From an uncultured virus (IMG/VR IMGVR_UViG_3300046411_001024) (lineage: Duplodnaviria; Heunggongvirae; Uroviricota; Caudoviricetes), in the IMG/VR virus record IMGVR_UViG_3300046411_001024: a stretch of DNA of 20,000 bases. The stretch is one strand, 5' to 3'. A program made the translations under genes and the position numbers. Position 1 is the stretch's first letter. Each line of letters starts with the position of its first letter. Under the pieces are notes generated by a model. That model saw only the letters and a list, made by a program, of their open reading frames with translations. It was not told the origin of the DNA and ran no database searches. Positions 16,601-20,000 of the stretch are shown in pieces.

Positions 16601-17604
16601 CCTCTAGACTTAGCTTCCTCTAATATCTTTAATGACTGGTCGACAAGTTTTAAGCATGTAAGCACAGCAACAGGATCTTTATCACTTTCAAATAAATCTA
16701 GAAACTTATCTTTTATTTCGTAGTAATTATGGAAGTGTTCTGTAGTAAACCCTTTAAATACCAATTCATCATTATAATGATAGTCATTTACAGTATTAGT
16801 TTCGGCGATCTGACGAACTTCGTGTAGCCATTTTTTGGATACATTGCCATCTTCGTCAGATACACTAATATAATTTGCCCCACGATCCATAACTTCATAT
16901 ACACCATCAGCGTCTTCAACTACTGCTCCGACATTAAATATCTTCTTCGCTACATAATCTTCTCTTAGTTGAGATGTTGGTAGAATTACTTCTTCTCTAA
17001 TTGGTGGCAGACCCATGCCTTTGCGTACTTCGTTAAATAATCTTTTACTATCAGCCATAGTCATTCTACGAGGGATACCTCGTTTGAAGTCAGTAAATTT
17101 ACCAGAACTGGCAGCAGTTCTCATTTTAGTAGCTGACATTCCCTCAGCCATATCTGAGTCAGGGTCTCTACGACCAGAAGATAATACAGTTATCTTATCA
17201 AAGTTGTAATCTTTACCATTATATTGGTTGAGTAATCTCTTGTATTCAGCAATCCTATCACTACCAGCAATAAGTGTTAGTTCAGTAATCTTTTCTTTTG
17301 TATTGAGATACTTTGCTACTTCTATAATTGTTCTTTGATTAGGCGACTTCGTTGGCACGAAAGGAGCGTTCACACCGAACATCCTTTTCATGTAATAGAT
17401 TTTGCGTTCTTGTTTTAGTGGGTTTTTCTTTTTGTCTTCAGTAGCTGTGACATATATTTTGGAGGGACTGCCTTTTGAACGAGCATACTGGGTCACCTTA
17501 TTGATAAGTAATTCGTGACCAGTGGTTGGAGGATTAAATCTTCCAAACCCTATGACCATTTTTTTAGCAGGCACTTCATTAAGAAGTGTTTTAAAGTCTT
17601 TCAT
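13624..17604 (-). CDS. 1326-aa modular protein: N-terminal cytidyltransferase-like (HIGH/TxGH) nucleotidyltransferase, DUF5824-like segments and an Arg-rich C-terminal module
   Basis: FGRFNPPTTGH, NPL, AGSDR, RDPD and MSATKMR in aa 1-200; YKRGMAAYGTGHRPGASQQQWALARVNSF; very Arg-rich last ~165 aa; starts MKDFKTLLNE. Confidence 0.85.
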   Translation of the reverse strand: MKDFKTLLNEVPAKKMVIGFGRFNPPTTGHELLINKVTQYARSKGSPSKIYVTATEDKKKNPLKQERKIYYMKRMFGVNAPFVPTKSPNQRTIIEVAKYLNTKEKITELTLIAGSDRIAEYKRLLNQYNGKDYNFDKITVLSSGRRDPDSDMAEGMSATKMRTAASSGKFTDFKRGIPRRMTMADSKRLFNEVRKGMGLPPIREEVILPTSQLREDYVAKKIFNVGAVVEDADGVYEVMDRGANYISVSDEDGNVSKKWLHEVRQIAETNTVNDYHYNDELVFKGFTTEHFHNYYEIKDKFLDLFESDKDPVAVLTCLKLVDQSLKILEEAKSRGYALMEEVGADSIIKMKLSDSLNNIGELERHDYLDQINADLADLLSKEPNMRKDLEEQKNLKIDPQNKFRFTSADRIKVARIIAGSMGVDNPEKMSNPTQLINFGLRKLRTKRVTPEFAEIVKKMLQTAKTAGIDYDRQYLPAIMRQGKFAVENKSFKDFMSEVSGSGVDPIVLQLRKNINLKGNYTFEFNDGSKGKMSPGASEGILNKYDSLRRPAQKLNVSRGMGKSMKSLKDTLSNWDSVANKEDPKAKKSGRDEPLRGVKNPMDEADQYYKGVSSKDKKARKAEFEKDSKKDDSDPTKYDPAAGDLDKKGDFKKTKKSKHTLKYHKKYGDPEEQNEAWLKTIEDLTAFWDEDVKATKERIKKEKEADKMKHDKMMDRARTQDAQKKNRETKPGVKKEESEGKDGIMGVGKNVTRKVRQGLRAELMMRMAMTKKKMAKADKGSKEFDELYAEYKKCKDRMKNLPGVEGANEQKIWEVKRPSVDEVDPSSNFNIAKSIMSYQDYKKMLKLAGGIEKRKVDGTMEVDSKATRDEKIMKQVIDEDWLEENTAVAKKAKKSGIPKGILMQVYKRGMAAYGTGHRPGASQQQWALARVNSFIGKGKGTWGKADKDLADKARSAMSDEVEPNKKKKKGDVELKEQKKNCGCGKDPCETYGDIPEEKEMTDAQMKKREDIVKGMKDKTADFKKRYGKDYKDVMYATATKMAMKEEADGEPMTKIEIDKPVETEDKPKADKIKKKSGTPKSDDPYDLEVFVADPKADAMLDDLNDDEIENVVNMFDPEQDPINGKLDIFDLYDDEELALEVEDEEGEVTQENFEYLEGDLEQQLNEVLSRTERIKNRVRVRRTKARRARSLRIALRRHSSTQVINSRARRLAVKLLKRRFFKKAPNQLSVGERERAEARIAKMRHVVKRIALKLAPRVRQMEKKRLHGRKSVKPAQKFKSALAGGRIRTAKKQTGRKTVGNYVGQRSKSKKGYGGATGKAYGGVRKK

Positions 17605-17626
17605 TTATTTGTCCCATCGATTAAAT

Positions 17627-17652
17627 ATACCTATATTTAGGTATTTATTTAT
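17627..17652 (-). promoter_or_regulatory. Putative late promoter cluster (ATAAATA x2, CTAAATA) overlapping a 7-bp inverted repeat
   Basis: Minus strand ATAAATAAATACCTAAATATAGGTAT lies ~25-50 nt upstream of the 1326-aa ORF; ATACCTA-4 nt-TAGGTAT hairpin at 17627-17644. Confidence 0.55.
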
Positions 17653-18892
17653 TCCAACCTTTCAATATTTCAGGAGAAAAATTCAGGCGAGAGAACTCAA
17701 GTCTATCTACCAGTTTTACAGCTTTCCCTGACATCTTGTCAATAGCCACATAACCCTCAACTCCTGTCACTTTAAACCCATTGCGAGTCCTTACAAAAGT
17801 TTTCATAGATCCAATTTGGTTCATTTTATTGATTAGTGTTTGCTTTGCATCCACCATCATATTCATCAGCTTAAATATCTCAACGATTTTTTGTTTGTCA
17901 TTTATAAAAAATGACAGTACATCATTCTTTTTAGCTTTCCAAGTATTCTTACCAGCTTCAGTTTTCTTGCTATCTATTTCTTTCTTATACTTGTTAGCAA
18001 TATAATGAAACATTTGCGTCACATGCTGGCTTGGGTTGGTAATCCTTTTCCCTGCTTTTATCTTAGTATTGTTAAATGCCTTGATATTGATAAGCAAATC
18101 TTTATTAGCATTAATACTGTTCAATATATTAGCATTTACTTTTCTAAACTGAGTACCGATAGCAGATAGTTGCTTAGTAAACTCAGCTGTTTCTTTAGCA
18201 GTCATAGATGCTTGACCTGATACATCTTTATAAGTAGCATCATCAAACCAAACATCGCCACCTAGTATTCCAGGTTGTTTCATTTTCTTAGCAATGTTTT
18301 TACCAAACGATGCTCTAAGAGTATCGAATGTATTTCCAGTATATTCAGTATGCCAGACGATACCCATATGAGCACGACGAATAACATTTGATAATCCTGA
18401 TATAGCAGGAACAGCATAGACGATAGTATTAGGTTGAAAAGTCACCATAGACTGACCATCTATATCTTTTAATTTTAAGTCATTACGACCTGCCCACATT
18501 AAGTCTCCTTGAAAGATACCACGATCTGGTAGAATCTTGGGTAAATATTTCAAGCAAATTAATAGCTTTGCTTGTAAGTCCCCAGATGTATCTTTCTTAA
18601 CATCGGCAGGTGTATAATAAACTTTAGGATCTTTATTGAAGATACCTTTTTTAGCAACAAACTTTTTTCCATTTCTAGGATCTGTACCAGCAAAGATTGC
18701 TGGGGCACCATCCCATTTTACTGTAGCATTTACTTTGTTTGATGATTTACCAGCCAACATATCACGCATACCTTGCATGAAATTAATTGCTCGTCTAGCA
18801 CCAGCGACACCCTCGTCAAAGAGGATGTCTTCAATATGTTCCATATGAACATTTTTTTGCTCAGTAATTAATGTCTTAAATGATTTTACCAT
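17645..18892 (-). CDS. DUF6267-like protein with ATP-dependent ligase-type motifs (putative RNA-ligase-fold nucleotidyltransferase)
   Basis: HMEHIED, TVKWDGAP (K59, motif I KxDG), FVAKK, FQGD (motif III-like), EGYV (aa 379-382, motif IV-like), AVKLVDR (motif V-like); starts MVKSFKTLITE. Confidence 0.65.
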   Translation of the reverse strand: MVKSFKTLITEQKNVHMEHIEDILFDEGVAGARRAINFMQGMRDMLAGKSSNKVNATVKWDGAPAIFAGTDPRNGKKFVAKKGIFNKDPKVYYTPADVKKDTSGDLQAKLLICLKYLPKILPDRGIFQGDLMWAGRNDLKLKDIDGQSMVTFQPNTIVYAVPAISGLSNVIRRAHMGIVWHTEYTGNTFDTLRASFGKNIAKKMKQPGILGGDVWFDDATYKDVSGQASMTAKETAEFTKQLSAIGTQFRKVNANILNSINANKDLLINIKAFNNTKIKAGKRITNPSQHVTQMFHYIANKYKKEIDSKKTEAGKNTWKAKKNDVLSFFINDKQKIVEIFKLMNMMVDAKQTLINKMNQIGSMKTFVRTRNGFKVTGVEGYVAIDKMSGKAVKLVDRLEFSRLNFSPEILKGWNK

Positions 18893-19227
18893 TTTTCGTT
18901 GTATATTAACTCCCCTGTTTCATAATCCCAGCCATTAGTTTTATAGAATTCTTTATCACCTCGAGCAGTCACTCTCATCATCTCTTGGCTAGGTGGATGA
19001 GAAACTGTCATAGGATCGTGGTCAGTACCAACATACTTGAATGCTTTAGATCCTTCCGAGTAGCCACCTTGTCCTTCTAGTTTCATAGGTGGTACATGGT
19101 CAAACTCATATTTACATTCAAGTGGTGGGTCAAACTTTACTGAGTATTTACCAATATCTAAATTAGTACCATAGATATAATCACCATTATCCATTTTCAT
19201 GTATAACATTTCGTGTACTTGTGCCAT
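18886..19227 (-). CDS. Hypothetical protein
   Basis: TAATG coupling with the upstream gene; no recognised motif. Confidence 0.65.
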   Translation of the reverse strand: MAQVHEMLYMKMDNGDYIYGTNLDIGKYSVKFDPPLECKYEFDHVPPMKLEGQGGYSEGSKAFKYVGTDHDPMTVSHPPSQEMMRVTARGDKEFYKTNGWDYETGELIYNEKW

Positions 19228-19409
19228 TAGTAAGGACTCTCTTCCATTTTTTTATCGAACATGTCCTGAGCAATCACATCATTCCAATCTTCTCTATAAG
19301 CAGTTTGTAGCTTATTCTTGAAAAGGTATATGTGTTTCTCATGAGCAGACATACCATCGATCTCATCATTAATTTTATCGATAATTGCATCGGTACTCCA
19401 GTGTGACAT
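19227..19409 (-). CDS. Small hypothetical early protein
   Basis: GGAGG RBS; TAATG overlaps at both ends. Confidence 0.65.
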   Translation of the reverse strand: MSHWSTDAIIDKINDEIDGMSAHEKHIYLFKNKLQTAYREDWNDVIAQDMFDKKMEESPY

Positions 19410-19798
19410 TATTTATCCTCCATATTAATATTTTCGAACTGTTCTTTCCAGAACTGTTCAGTTTTAATTTCTTTAGACATACAAGTTCTGTCAACTTGGT
19501 CTAAAGTAATATGACCAGCTTCATGTAAGTCAAGAAGCATATCACCGAATGGCTCTTGGTTATTTGAATGCCATCTAACGATACTCTCATCATCAACATA
19601 GAAACCACCACTATTCTTAGCAAACTCTACAGAGTTTGAAGTAGTCGACCACTGGTTATCAAAAAAGTCAGATTGCCTTGTATAATCTCTACCAGCGATT
19701 CTGATTTCATCAACACCAACTAATTGGTTCTCAAGAGAATGTACAGTTCTTTGATAAGAACCTTTTTCCTCAGTCATTTTTAAAATTGTCATAGTCAT
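19409..19798 (-). CDS. Hypothetical early protein
   Basis: GAGGT RBS; first gene after a strong sigma70 promoter; VRWHSNNQEPFGDMLLD segment. Confidence 0.75.
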   Translation of the reverse strand: MTMTILKMTEEKGSYQRTVHSLENQLVGVDEIRIAGRDYTRQSDFFDNQWSTTSNSVEFAKNSGGFYVDDESIVRWHSNNQEPFGDMLLDLHEAGHITLDQVDRTCMSKEIKTEQFWKEQFENINMEDK

Positions 19799-19829
19799 AT
19801 TTACCTCTTTTTTATCAATTTATACAGTA

Positions 19830-19858
19830 ATTCTACTCCATTTTTAGACAAATGTCAA
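19830..19858 (-). promoter_or_regulatory. sigma70-type early promoter
   Basis: TTGACA (19853-19858), 17-nt spacer, TAGAAT (19830-19835) on the minus strand, with an A-tract upstream. Confidence 0.85.
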
Positions 19859-19925
19859 GTAAAATCGTCGACCGAATCGTCTTTTTTTTAGACTATTTTA
19901 TTATATAAAAACAGGTACTTATAAC

Positions 19926-20000
19926 CTATTTTTTAAATTCTTTCTTCAATCCTTCTATGGTATTGCTGTTCTTAGTTTTTACTCCTCTAAACATCCTTTC
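19926..20000 (-). CDS. 3' end of an upstream gene entering from the right edge
   Basis: Open frame ERMFRGVKTKNSNTIEGLKKEFKK then TAG at 19926-19928; too short to identify. Confidence 0.45.
   Translation of the reverse strand, partial: ERMFRGVKTKNSNTIEGLKKEFKK

Noticed and set aside
1698..18848. All plus-strand ORFs in the track (60-119 aa)
   Set aside because: Each is antisense to a well-supported minus-strand gene, has the Phe/Ser/Leu-rich composition typical of shadow frames, and shows no recognisable motif.
1..20000. Stop-codon reassignment
   Set aside because: Standard code 11 gives near-complete coding density with full-length genes; TAA and TGA both end genes at coupled junctions.

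Overview
AT-rich segment of a T4-like myophage genome, probably infecting a Gram-negative host. All credible genes lie on the minus strand and are tightly packed, with many TAATG/ATGA overlaps. In transcription order (right to left): (1) a near-consensus sigma70 early promoter and three small hypothetical genes; (2) a block of probable capsid-internal proteins, several starting with T4-like capsid-targeting sequences: an RNA-ligase-like (DUF6267-like) protein, a 1326-aa modular protein led by a TxGH nucleotidyltransferase, a small basic protein and a 542-aa repeat protein, with an acidic acyl-carrier-protein fusion inserted among them; (3) virion fibre/decoration genes; (4) an i-spanin with a fully embedded o-spanin, followed by an XhlA/holin-like gene; (5) T4 gp61-type primase, apparently leaderless; (6) a metabolic cluster: MaoC-like dehydratase, 2OG-Fe(II) oxygenase, NrdA without an ATP cone, Asp/Asn beta-hydroxylase-like oxygenase and an FkbM-type methyltransferase (truncated, missed by the ORF track). 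The two most interesting hypotheses are a virion-packaged, protease-processed ligase plus nucleotidyltransferase payload, and a phage-encoded acyl/lipid-tailoring set. Family names are from motif recognition and recall, not database searches.
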